A stretch of 64,000 nucleotides of DNA from Setoptus koraiensis (taxonomy: Eukaryota > Animalia > Arthropoda), in contig CM106586.1 of NCBI GenBank assembly GCA_048013815.1, positions 14,570,001 to 14,634,000 on the forward strand, written 5' to 3'. Numbering within the stretch: the first letter of the stretch is position 1; every line of letters starts with the position of its first letter. The notes below the pieces were generated by a model that was not told where the DNA came from, did not search any database, and saw only the letters and a program-made list of their open reading frames with translations. Below, in pieces: positions 34,601 through 48,100 of the stretch. The position numbers were made by a program, and so were the translations under genes.

Positions 34601-37600
34601 CAGCTTGTCAGTGTGCTCATCTGGCCGCCGCCGCAGCCGCCGTTGCTGACGAATATCCGGATATGTCAGAGTTGCAATAACGGTATGCGAGACTAATAAC
34701 AGCCGGCAATATGTGCTCTGCCTGGCACAGTCTGGCCCCGGCTAGGTGCGGCCCCAAAATTTGGGGCCCAAATTGGTGAGGCCAGACGCCAGCCAGCCAG
34801 TCATCCAGCCAGCCGAAATGGCAATCTCAATCAGCGCGCCAAAAACACTTGCTGTCTTGTTTGTGAGCTGCTAGTAACAATATCCAGCCGTTACACACAA
34901 AGACACAACGACCGGGGGCCCCGACGACTGCAGCGGCGGAAAGAAGCCAAGCGTCAATTAATCGTACACGTATAAATTTATATATTGGGCACTCTATCGG
35001 AACAAGAGCCAATTCGATTATTTTTGGCGCATGATTCACCTGAATCGAATGAATATTCAACTGTTCGGCGTGGCTGGCCCCAAAGATGCTCGCTCGCTGG
35101 CGATCGCAACGTGCTCTAGCCGGCACAAGTAGCACTACAACCGTTGTAGTACAAAGCGGGACAGGGTTAGTTAAGCCACTTGGCACCTATTCATTTAATT
35201 TGCGTTACATAAGTTCGGATAAGTTCGGATGAGTTTGGATGAGTTCGGATGAGTTCGGATAAGTTATATGAGCGGGCCTGTGAGGCGCCAAAAGAAGCGA
35301 GCAGTCGAATTTGCTCATTGGAGCGCGTCGAGCTGCTAATAGGAAGTCAGTCGCTGTTAATCGCACGTATTGCCACCGCTGGCTCACTTATAAGGCTCGC
35401 GGTACGAAGCGGGGACCCGCATTGGCCCCGCGACTGGCGAAACTGTTCAGTTGGACTGACTGACGTAATAATGACTCTCATGGAGAATGACACAATCAGT
35501 CAAACGATCGTTGGCAAACATTTGCTTGCTGTCGTGACGCGCCATCTCGAACCAGCAATTTGCCTTTTGCCCATTTGTTTGCCCGTGCCCGCTGCCCACC
35601 ATGCGCGCTTTAGCGACTGCCCGTGGGCAGGGCTGGCTCGCTGCCCGTGACCCAGTCGGCCCGCGCTGACAGCCGGTCCGGCGCCGGCAACCGAGCATCC
35701 AACGGTCCTCGTTGGAAATGTTGCCGGCAGAAACGGCAAAACGAAGGGCAACCGCTCCAGCCGACGAGAACAATGGCCCCATCAATGGGGCCGCGTCGAT
35801 GGGGCCGCAGCGTGGCGCGACATGGGTGCCCAATATTGCGAGTTGTTGCTGTTGTTGTTTGCCCAGAGCGGCGACACGGGCGCCGCAAGACGTGCACTTG
35901 AGTGGGCCCGAGCGGGCCAGCGTCGCCCGACAAGGCGGCACCTAGGCCGTGCCATCTCTCAATCTGGCACTGAGACTGGTAGCCGCGGAACCCCTCGAAA
36001 ACCGACCGACTCCCGTCGGCTGGACGCGCAGATGGCCGGCTGATATGGTGATGCGGCGATAGGCTCATGTGGCGGTGCGGTGATGGGCTGATACGGGCCG
36101 AGCTTGCTCAACGGACAGGATAAACTAAAATAAGACGCGCAATCTCCATATAGACACACAAAAGCAATTACTTCATCGAATAATCACCCCGGAGCCGGGC
36201 GCTATCCGCGACGCTTTGCCCGAGCGCCAGCCCTCGCGCTCGGGCAAAAGCCTATCTGTATATAGTATCTGTATATAGCTGTGCCGGGGGCCCGCGTCTA
36301 GCGGCTGGAGTCTAGTCAATTTGGTGGCTCGCTTGAGTGTGTCGGTGAATAATGTTGTCGGTGGCCCATTTTTGGACTCGCGAGTCGCGACTAGCGCACA
36401 ACTTGCCACAGGTCGCGCTTGGCAAGCGAGCGCCCGATTAGATCGCACAGACACAAACATAGTTTGCATCTCATTTGGCCACGAGCCACTTCTCCGCTCG
36501 GCCCCGCTCGGCGGACCGAGCGGCAGCTCGGTCCCTCTCGGCGACACTTTCGGCGGGCCCGCAAACACCTAATCTGGCGCAACGCCGCCGCCGCCGACGG
36601 GCCGACCATCATAAATAATTCTTAGTGCGCACAAGGGGACCCGCGCACCGGGCCCTCTTGTGTGCCATTGATATACCCCTGGCAAGTGCTTCGGACACGT
36701 TGCCGGATCGCCGGCTCGATCTGTCCAAACTAAACTGGCTCGCTGGCCCCCTCATTTGGCGCGGCTCTCGTTGGTGTGCGTGTCGGCGCCGTTATTGCCC
36801 ACTGAATTGCCGATTGAAAGTAAATCTGAGCGCTTACACCAAATTTCACCTGTCCATTTTGCTGATATTGTTTTACACACACACACATTGTCCACAAGCT
36901 GGCTGCACTTACGTAACTGCCACCAGCAGCTGCTACTTCTGACGAAGCTGCTGCGAACGAAATGCAAAAGAAGCCAATGGACAGGCTGCTTTATGTTTGC
37001 GTATGGATATTCACCGGCGGCAGGCTGGAAAACGATCCATTTCATCGAAAGCTATTCATATTCATGAAGCTCGCCTGAAATGGAAACTCAATTTTCGGCC
37101 AGTTTTTTCCCTCACTCTCTCTCTCGCTCGCTCGCTTCGTCCTCTAACCACTCTCGTCCAAATGATGCAAATTAAAATTGCAAGCAGTCTATAGAGAAGA
37201 GCCAATTTACTACGTCGGGCTGCGCGCAACAGCCCAACGGATTTTCATAACGGTGCCTCAGCTAATTTTCTAATTTCGGATAAGTTGAGCGCAACTATAA
37301 CATGATCTGATAAAGAAAAAAACGAACACAACCGTGCAATTTCTACTCTTTTTTCGTCTCTGTTCTTGTTTTTTCTTTTCTGTACTTTTTTCTGCCTCCT
37401 CTGTTTGTGTCTGCTTAGACCCAAATAAAAGATTAAAAGATACCATCTGAAACGTTGAACATTATGCTATCTGCAAATAGAATCAACCCGGATACACAAC
37501 AAACACTTCGGCTGTACAATAGCGCATGATTCGAAGCATGCAATAAAATGACCAATTGATATCCTCATCTGGCTTCCAAACTATTGCTCGTGCACTCCGG

Positions 37601-40600
37601 TGATTACACTTCAGATTTGAAGATCCGACCCGACTACAGACAATAGACAGAAAGTCGATAGAAACCGAGAGCGCTCTCATGAGCACATTGATTTTGGTGC
37701 CAAATTTCGGGAGGCCCCGATATTCTAATATTCGATTTCAATATTCATGATTATCCAGGCCTAGTGCACGTGAATTGTGCGCCAGTGATGGCGGGAGAGC
37801 GGGGGAGCGTCTTCCAAACGGGGGCCTCCCCTGAACCAAGCGAGCAGAATAGAGCGAGGGAAAAGAAAAAAAAAATACAAAATAAAATAAAACTTCTATT
37901 ATAAGTCGATTGATATTTTGAGTGCCGATTCGAGACTCGAAATCCGAAATTCTAAATTTGCGAAACGAAGTTAGCGATGAATTGTAATGTACTGACAAGT
38001 TTCAGGGTTGAGTTAGTATTTCGGGAAAATTTTGTTGCCATTGTTTGCGGGCTTGTTGCCGAGAAAGTATTATTTCGATGCGTTGTTGCAAACACAAGCC
38101 GAAGACAATTACCATACAATAATATTTATCATTTATTTTATTTTCGGCCCACATTTTCTCGCTGCCCCCATTTTTACCGTAGGCGGGCGCTTGCTCACAC
38201 CATGACCTCAGGGAGATTTACAGACAACAAGCGGATAAGATTTTGAAGAACACCAGCGTCATTTACGCCGATGGTCTGAATAAAGAATCCATATTAAATT
38301 CTTGGCTGAACAAATTTGATTCTATTGTGAATGGAAACGAAATGTCCGGACAAGCCGGCTCAGTGGGCTCGTCGGGGTCGCTGGCAAACAATAGTCCGGG
38401 CCTCGGCATCACGGGCATATCTGGTTCGGGCCTCGCAGGGGGCCTGGCTTCTGGGAATTCTGGTGGCTCTATTGGTGGCAGTGGCACAGCAAAACAACAA
38501 TTGAGACCATCGCAACAGCAGCAAGCGATCAATTTGCATCAGCAACAGCAGCAAGAGAACATACTTAGCAAGGAGCAATTGTATCAAATGTTTCAAAATA
38601 TACTTAATATTAAAAAATTTGAACACCAACTCCTTTATAACGCCCTCCAGGTGAGTAGCCAGCCGTTCAACCCGTTCCTCTCGGCCCTTTCAATGCACCT
38701 TTGTCATGCCCAGTTGCCTTTGTGGCGCTACTTCACATTCGCTCGCCACAACTTGGCCCCAATAACAACTCCTCGGACCCCTTGAGATGTGTGTCGCGCC
38801 TGATCGATCGGTGTGCCGTGTGAACTTGAGCTGAAGAAGGAAAACTCACGACAAGATTGCTCTCTCTCTCTCTCCCTCTCTCGCCTGCATATATCTCTAT
38901 TATGTATAATGAAAAATCGAATAACTCCGCCGGCTCTGGAAACGCCGAAACACGCATACAAACACAAAATGCCCCCCAATCTGCCTATATGAGGGCCCGT
39001 GAACCGAATCGTCGCGACACCCGAATTGCGCGTACGTTATTTATACATTTGAACGCCACGCTTGCCACTGTGGGCCAATTCGGTGCTCGAAAAATCGCAA
39101 CAACGAAACGCCGAAATCGCGGACTTGAAAAACTTGAAACACTGCGAAACACTGCGAAACACTGCGAAACACTGCGAAAAAATACGAACAACTGCTAAAA
39201 TGAATCCGCGACTAAAAAATCGACCGCCGATGCGGGCCGCCAACCGGACGCCCTTTTCGGAAACAATTACCACCGGTCCGGGCCGTCGCGCACCGACATG
39301 ATGATATTTACGATAATCCCCGGCCTTGCCGCGTCACGTCACTTGGGCCCAATTTTTGTTTGGTTTTGTTTCTTTCTGGCTGCGTTGGGGCGCTCGCTGA
39401 TGCTGGGGCCACCGGCAACTGGCTGGACACTTTTCGCTGGCCATCGTCATTGTGTGTGTGCCCGTGTCTTGATGACGTCGCAATCAACGCCTTGACACGC
39501 ACGAACTGTTCGTTTTTGTATCTTGATTGGTGCCGCTGGCCACCGGCAAACGGCGACTGACCGGAACTAACCACACGGACATGGTACGGCCAACGGCGTC
39601 ATCTTGGTGCACATGCCATTTGCCGGGCAACAACACGATGCACGGCACAATATGGACAACAACCTCTTGTGACAACAACGACAAAAACAACGACGGCAAC
39701 AACGACAACAACAACGACAACAACGACAACAACGACAACAACGACAACAACGACAACAACGACAACAACGACAACAACGACAACAACGACAACAACGACA
39801 ACAACGACCGCATGATCTGCAACGACACACGACACATGGCACGACTTGTCGCAATAAATAAAAAACTGAACCCCCGCCGCCGACTGGCCGACAAAACGCA
39901 TCGACAACAACGACAACTGACCAACCGATGCCGCTAATGTCCATTGTCGGCCGAAACAACAACCGAACGCGCACACAAAACAACAACCGGCCGACATGCC
40001 AATCCATCATTGGCCACAATTGGCAACAAACAATGCGCGCGACAACATTACGCAACCATTGCCGCGTGCTATATGGCCATGTCGGCCGCATCTAACTTGC
40101 CTCGTGTGTGTGTGACCCACACCTAATGAGCACAATACCGTTTGTTGTGGCTGTTACATCATACTGCATTCGTTCGTGATGTTTGCGCCGTTATGCAACC
40201 AATCTAACCTTGCCAACGACACCGACAACGCGGCCAACGCCGACAACCACCGACAACCACCGCGCTACGTGTACTTTGTGCGCGCGTCTCGACGACTCGG
40301 AAACAACGCCGACACAACCAAAACCGCGACAACTCTCCTTCGGCTCGCCACTAATTATCTGGCGCTGCCACACCACTGACAACTCCGACGCAACGGCAAA
40401 TCGACGTAACGACAACCCCGACGCAACGACAATTGCGCGCGCCTCGCCACATTGACAACTGGCAACAACGGGGCCCGCAAACACACCAAGCGGCCAAACA
40501 ACGCGCGCGACGCAACACGAAACCAATAATAACTGATAATAACTAATAATAAAACCGCCACGTTACGCACGCCATCCATCATTATCCTTCCGCTTGATTG

Positions 40601-42149
40601 GCCCCTTGGACCGTCCGCGACGCCAACCACCGCCGCCGCCGCCGCCGCCCCCCCCCCCCGCGCGCTCACTCCCGTTGGGGCGCTCATGGTCGCGCGTTAT
40701 TATTTGTTGATTCCACAATCAACCCGCCGGCTGCTCGGGCGTGCTGCTGCGCATTGCCGTCTGCTCACCTGACCTTGTTACGCAACCCCCGCAATCTCGC
40801 TGCAATGTTCGCAACGGACCCCAACGACGGCCCCATTGCCATTCAAATTGGCCGGCGCTCGAATCCATCCATCTCGTCACCGTGGTCGCTGCGGCATACA
40901 ATCGTCGGCGTCGTGCGCTGGGCCCCACTTCGCCCCGCAACAACATGTGATATTGTTGTGATTGACAACGGCGCTCAATGGTGGCACCGATCATCGCAAA
41001 CAACCGTCGCCGTGCCTACCAATCACGTAACAAACGTCTAACACTGCAAACAACACACAGTTGGACTCGAGCGACGAACAGGCGGCCGCCATAAGGCGCG
41101 AGCTCGACGGACGCGTCCAGCGTATCAGCGAATTAGAGAAGGTAATATTGCGTAATTACTAGTGTTATTTGTTTACAATTGTTTACCTGTGTGTGTGTGT
41201 GTGCCACCGACCCGAGCGTGCGTCTATCGGCGCACGTTACCTGGTGCTGGCCCCCTGATTAAATCAATGCCCATTAAACCCGTAATCTTTTCCCTGTCTC
41301 CGCTCTCTTTCTGGGGCCCAATGGGGGCGCCTTCAATGCGACAATCCACGCGCTGCCCATGCCAGAATCGCAAGTTAATGCCCCGCTTCGTGCTCAAAGA
41401 AATGGACTGTCTGTACATAGAGGAGCTTAGGTCGTCTGTGAATCAATTGATGGTCAATCTGGAGAGTTTGCCCGTGACAAAAGGCCAAAATGGGTCACGG
41501 TACGGCCTGCAAAAATTCCGACGCTACAACAATAGGTGAGTTTTCTTGGCCGGCAGCTCATGATCGATTGTTGATTTGATTTCCCAAAACTGCACCCACT
41601 CGCACCCACAAAGACACACACACGCACACTTTTACACACTTTCGTACACTTTACACACACACTTTTATACACAATTTATACATTTTTGTATACACTTTTC
41701 CGTAGACTTTAGCACAGGTGGCAGCACCGTTTTGAAAGTAGTTTAGGTTTCACTGAAAAGAAACAAAATTAATAAGTTTAATTAGCGCACAAACGCGACA
41801 AAACTCATTACGTAACTTGTGTCTTGTGTTTATCATTTGTCATGTCATCTCACATTTCGCATTGATTAATCATACTCACGTGTTGCCACGAGACGGCCAC
41901 GAGATAAATTGTGATTGCGCGCGTGATTGTGTCAGACAGTGTCTGGCTACTGTCGACCGTGGGACGGTATAACGGTACACAATTGTAATCATGTAATTGT
42001 TTTTTTCTGCTTTGTTTTTCTTTTCATAATAACACACACACGCACACAGCATGCAGGTATTGCAGTCGGTGTTTTATTTAATGCAACGGCAACTGTCATA
42101 GTGCGGCCAAGATAGACAGACCAAAAGTTGCAAACATTGACCAGACACA

Positions 42150-42191
<42 letters not shown>

Positions 42192-45100
42192 GTATGCATG
42201 CACGTGGCAATCACGTTGCCGCGCTCAGACGGATAAAATTTCCAGACAAATACAAACAAACGAACGCGCGCGCGCGCCAGTTTATCTAGTTTGACATTTC
42301 AACTGCACGCCGGCCCCGCCGGCGGTCGTGATTTTTTTCGTCTATTCCATTTCATTCAATTCGAAACATAATCATTACAACTATCATTATTGTTGGCGTT
42401 GCGCAACGCATAGTTGTTGCGCGCCTCTGCCGGCTACGACGACCAGCACTGCTCGTACCTCACAATATGCGAAAAAAAAACATATATATATACAGCCGAA
42501 AAATATACGCGCGATGTGCCAGACAGAAAATCCGAAATGCACTGCGGCAAACGATAGTTAGTGCCAACTTTTCTTGACAGCCAGCGTTCGAGGGGCCATA
42601 AGCAATTTCTATGCACGGCCCACGTCCTGTGGCTGTAATGGCACCGGGGGGAAATTGTGCGCCAGACAGTAGGAAATTGTGCCTCGGATACCGACTGAAC
42701 CGACTAGATATTTGATATGAGATAAACTTGCAATAATAGCAGTAATTTCTGACGCTGGCACACAAGGTCGTTGCATACAGCCATCGATATACTAATAACC
42801 CGGCCAGTGGCTGTGAGCGGCAAGGGGCCCCGCTCGCAATTATCCTCTCTGTTGTAACGGATCTGTTGTAGCGGCTCTGTTGTAGCGGCTCTGTTGTAGC
42901 GGCTCTGTTGTAACGGCTCTGTTTCGGATAGATGGCGAGCTGAATGGCTGGACGGGGCGCTGTTTTGAATAGATAGCAACTCGCGACAAATCGCAGCAAC
43001 CACCGCGACTAGCTGAATGGCACCGATAACTAGCGCGCCAGCAGTCACTGTTTTTTGTTTGTGCCAGCCACGACATGTATCAATGTCAGCCTGTCGCTTG
43101 ACATTGATCCGATTTAATAAATAAATATCCGATTGATTGAATTGGCCCTGTCTCGCTGCCAGTTGCACACACGCGCAAACACACAATTCACAATTGGCAG
43201 CCAGATAAATTGATCGAGAAATAAAGGATAAGACCGGGGCCCCGAATAGGTGCAGCCGAAATTGCTGCCGATTGCTTTTTTGGCTGGCTATTATTGCTTT
43301 TTAGCTGCTGTTTGCCAATTGTCCGGCCGGGGCTTAATGGTCTCGCTAAGCTGCCCGACACATATGGTTGGCCCGATTTTTTGCCGTTGTCGCTGCTGTT
43401 GTCGTTGGCGCTGTTGTTGTTTTTGTTGTTGCCGAGTCAAGTGTATAGTGAGTATCTAAGTGCACTAATAACCAACTGACTCAGTTGAACTGAGGATTGG
43501 TGGCCAGTAGGTGCCCGCTGCGAGTCCATTTGTGATAATTGTATAATTGGCAAGACACTTTGGCGCACGGGAGAGGGGCCCGCTTGAAACTGATTAATTG
43601 GCGTTTAGTTGACTGGAGAAGAAGAAAAAAAAGGAGAGCAATTGTGTCCATTGAGGAACGATGTTGTCGGCGTTGTTTTTGCCCTTGTCAAGTGCATTGG
43701 CGGCTGCATCATTCGGCTCACCAGTCAGCAATTGCAATACCGATTGACCACTGAAGCGGAACTGGCTGCAGAGCCGGACAATCGCACCGCTGCCCGCCAA
43801 GTAAAGAGTTACTTGACTATCACAATATCGGTGTTATAATAATTCAACAACTCTATCTATTGCATCATCGAACGGGGCCTGGCCAATGGGCAAAAAGGGG
43901 CCAGAGGGAAAAAGAAGCGAGATTTGCTTTCAAATTGTGAGTTCGTCGAGCTCACAATGGTGCCCACTGTGGTGATTTCTGGACAGTGCCCGCAGCTACT
44001 CGGGCTCGAATCAAGCGTTTGAATCAAAGTTGCAACAACAACCAAAGAGCGACTCAACAACACGATTCGGCACTAGTTGGCGGCGATGCCGACCACTGCA
44101 CCAATGCTGTAATGATGGCCCCACTATTACGTAATAGTGGCGAGCTTTGCCAAGTGCGCCGGGCATCGAGGTAAGGCCGCTTTTGAAAAACGGAAACCGG
44201 CACACGGTGGCGCATTAACGGTGGCCGTGGTATAATTTTTTCCTCCTCTTTGTAGCATTATATTTTCACTAATGCTGGCCAGTGTCTAGTGCCAACGGTG
44301 GTCGTAATAGTAGCTTGCCAGTCGGCATTGTTGTTGTCGGCATTGTCAATGCCACACAACGGGATGCCTATTTTATAATGATCTCGGCCGCGGTCGCGCC
44401 AACAGGCCTGTCTAGCACCCTGTCTGGAACTCGGGCGCCTCCTCTCGGCGGTGTCTCGGCGTATTCGTCTGGCGTATTAGTGTGGCGGCCAGTCGCTCGG
44501 ACCGGCCAATGGGGCCAAGGGCCCGACCAGTTGCCGGGCCGGCCCTCGACCAAGTGCTCCACGCCTAATGAGCCAGCAAGTCGAAAGCCAACAGCCAAAA
44601 CGAAGACGCGTCAGCGGGCCCCATTTTAGCCAGTAATAGCCGTGTGTGTGTGTGTTTGCGCCCCATTTGGGCTGCCGGTCTGCGGCCCGCTACACCCGAT
44701 AGTGGCGCCAGTGCGGCCAAATGGTGCGTATAGGCCATTGAGCACACTCTATTTGTTGATTTCGACGAATATTATTGCATAGCAATAATTCACAATATAT
44801 ATATACATTGTATGAAACACACCAATGCCCGATGTGCGGCCCGCAGTTTTCCGCGCCCGGGCGCGGCTCGACCGAGCAAATACATACACAGACCGCGCGT
44901 TAGTTATCCGCCAAGATAGATTGTAGTTTTGGCCGCGTCTGGGGCCGGGCACAAACTCGTACTCGGAATCCGAGTCTAGGATGCAAAATTTAAAATGCTA
45001 CGACAGTGCAAACACGGCTGCCTCTGCGGGCCCCAAACGGTGTGTTGCAAAAAGTAAAACACGCCATAACAGCGACAGGGACAACGGCGTTCGCAACAAT

Positions 45101-48100
45101 AACATCATTAAATCATTATTTACAGTTTTTGGCCTCTCGGCCCGGCCAAGAGTCTCGGGTCCCCAGTGAGTGGTTAGGCTGTTTTTGGGGTGCGTTGACA
45201 ACAGACAAAAGTGTCATCTCTCGGCCATTCTTGCAACCTCTGCGTGGCTCGCCATTGTATGTCGACAACATTGTGCGTTGTCCGATGTTTTCAAACGGTT
45301 GCATCATGTCGCAAACATGCAATTGTCGCCACTTGCACACTTGCCTAGTCTAAATCGTGGGGCCTCCACGGGCCCCGAACGTTGAGCGAGTTGTGACAAT
45401 GTTGCCCCATCTACAGAGCTTTTTATCGCACGATCAGCACTCACTCTACGGCATGTTTGTTGATGGCGAGGCTGCCTAAACGAGAAACAGACTGTCTGTT
45501 TAACAGAGCCATCGAAAAGTTATTGGTGCAAATCATGGGCCGCTTACTCAATCAAAGTCACGGGCCCATTGAGCGGGCCCATGGCCAGTGATTTGGAAAT
45601 CATTTGCAACATTGGTGCTCGGTGACGATACGGTATTTCGCTGGTGCGTCGAATTTTTGCGAATTGGATAATGCGATTACACAAACAACAAATTTTCGCC
45701 AAAAGCGTCCGCGGCCGATTGTCCGATTGGCGAGACCAGCCGACTCGACAGCCGGCCGGCGGCCGGAATCTGGCCACTGTTTCCTTTGTGCCCCTCAGCT
45801 TCCGAGGCGCCAGCCGCACAGTTTGTGGCGGCCCGAGAGGGCGCTCAATGAGCCCATTAATGGCGCAACAATGTCATTTTAACAAGATTTATCTCTCGCC
45901 CATTGTGTTCATCCATCTGGCTGACCGATCCACTGGCCGGCAAGCTAGCAAGCTGGCAAGCTGGCTGGGTGCGTTGATACATTACAGGTATCGCGCTGAC
46001 ACATTGACCAGCGGCAATCAGCGATGATGGCCATAATGTCACCATTGAGTCCGGCGAGTAGCGGTCAGTTTAACCGTTTTCACTTTGTCAGCGCTGTTAT
46101 CGCGCGCCAACTATTTTCCAATAGTCGCCTTCTCTTTTCCTGCGCGCGCGCCCCCCCCCCTAATACCATTTGCTTATTGGGGCGCCTGGGGGCAGTTATG
46201 TCGTTGTTTTGTGTTGTTGTTGCGTTGTTGTTGCGTTGTTGTTGCGTTGTTGACGCTGTTGTTGTGAGGGGGGCGCATTTTTGATAGCACTTAGCCGAGG
46301 CTCTATTACATCCGCCTGTATCTACCGCAGGTACCCGGTTGGATCGCCCCAAGCCGACTGGGCCCGCTGATACAATAATAATAATAATAATAATAATGCT
46401 GGTTATTATCAGTAAAGCTGTTGTGTTACATTCTCGATTATTGTGCAGAGAGACTCGCTCTGTCCCTGAAAGAGTGTATTTTTCAGTTTGCCTTTTCGGA
46501 GTCAACCAACAACAACAACAGCAACAACAACAGCGAAAACAACGCCCCCGATGACGTCGAACCGACCAACGGAGGGAATTGTATGAATTGTTAATATCCA
46601 AAAAGCAACAGCGCGACATTAAGCATCAAAAGAAAATCTTGTCACGTATCTGGATGTCATTTCCATTGCAACGAGGCTCTCATTTTTTCGGCCCCGAAGC
46701 TCGGTCGTGTCGTTGAGGCACAACTGTGTGTCCGATTGTAGTTATAGTGGCTGTCGCAATAGCGACAACAACAACAACAACAACAGCAAACACAGGCATT
46801 TCACGGGGTCGCGCCAGCGGAGGAGATTGCAGATCTTCACACGCAGGTCGTCACATTCTTTTTATGAAATATTCTTTATTATTCTAAACACTGACAATGG
46901 GGGCCCGATAGATTAGATTACTACCACTAGCGGGGAAAATTGCAATCAAGAGGCAACCCGCAGGCAGCGGGCACAGCTTTTGGTGGCGCACTAACGCACA
47001 GAGCAACGACAAAAGAACAAGGGGCGAGCCTCGAAAGCGATTTGGGGCCGGCGAGCTTGAATTGGATATGGCCGGCACAGGGTGAGCCAAAGTGAGCTTA
47101 AATCCAATGTCATAGCGAGCGAGAGCGAGATGAGAAAAATAACACCGCGCGCGCGCCAGACACAAAAGATATGTGCCCGAAATAAATTGCATTAATGATC
47201 CGTTAACTTGTCTTCGCCAAGAACAGCAACTAGCTCGATTTGGGCCCAGTTGAGCCCGTTTGGGCGCTCAAGGACCCTTTGGGGTTTGTTAATAACTTGT
47301 TTGAGTGTGTGCTGGGGCCACATTTCGACACTCGACCAGAGATAAAGTGCCAAGGTCGGTGTGACATGCTCCAATTGTGTTCTGGCTGGTGATGCATAAA
47401 ACGACCAATACAAATATACGTAGTAGTAGTACGACATTTCGGCCCTTCGGTATCATCATGATTATCATGTATTAATATGAAAATAATCGGAGCGCGACAC
47501 GTTCAATGCGTGCCGAAGATCATTCACCGAATCGTACATGTAACCTTTTTCTCTCATGATGGTTATTTCTCTCGCTCTCTCGCTCTCTGCCAGCGCCTAG
47601 GCACCAATTCAATTTCTACCTGTCCAAGCTTTGGTCAACCAACCAATTATTATTGTATCTTGCGCCGGCATCGGCTGCACAGGCCCCAAATGGCCAAATC
47701 GTTGTATTTTTTGCCCTGTTGTATTTTTTCGCCCTGTTGTATTTTTTTTTTTGCCCTGTCGTATTTTTTTTTCGCCCTGTTGTACTGTTGCAGTGCAAAG
47801 TAGAAGTGGTTCTCTCTAAACAAGTCCGCCCTCTAAGGCAAGTAGAAAAATTGTTCCCCAACAATGTCAGTGTATTTAGTGAATACACCGGACTTGCCAT
47901 TCGACATTGTCAAGACATCGGGCACGCGGTGGACAATAAATAAAAGGAATTACTATTGCATCACAGTTGCTGCTGCTGTCACTGGCGAAACAATGCTCAC
48001 TTGACCATTGCGGGCCCCAGAGAGCCTTCAAGCTGTTTCGCTCGCGACACATGGCAAGACACATTCTTCTGGCGCGCAGACAAAGACAGATAGAGCCCGG

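Noticed and set aside
39484-40091. Poly-ND, poly-V, LLS and CCR ORFs here and at 31256-31853 and 53615-54312
   Set aside because: These are translations of triplet and 9-bp repeats in all frames and are intronic.
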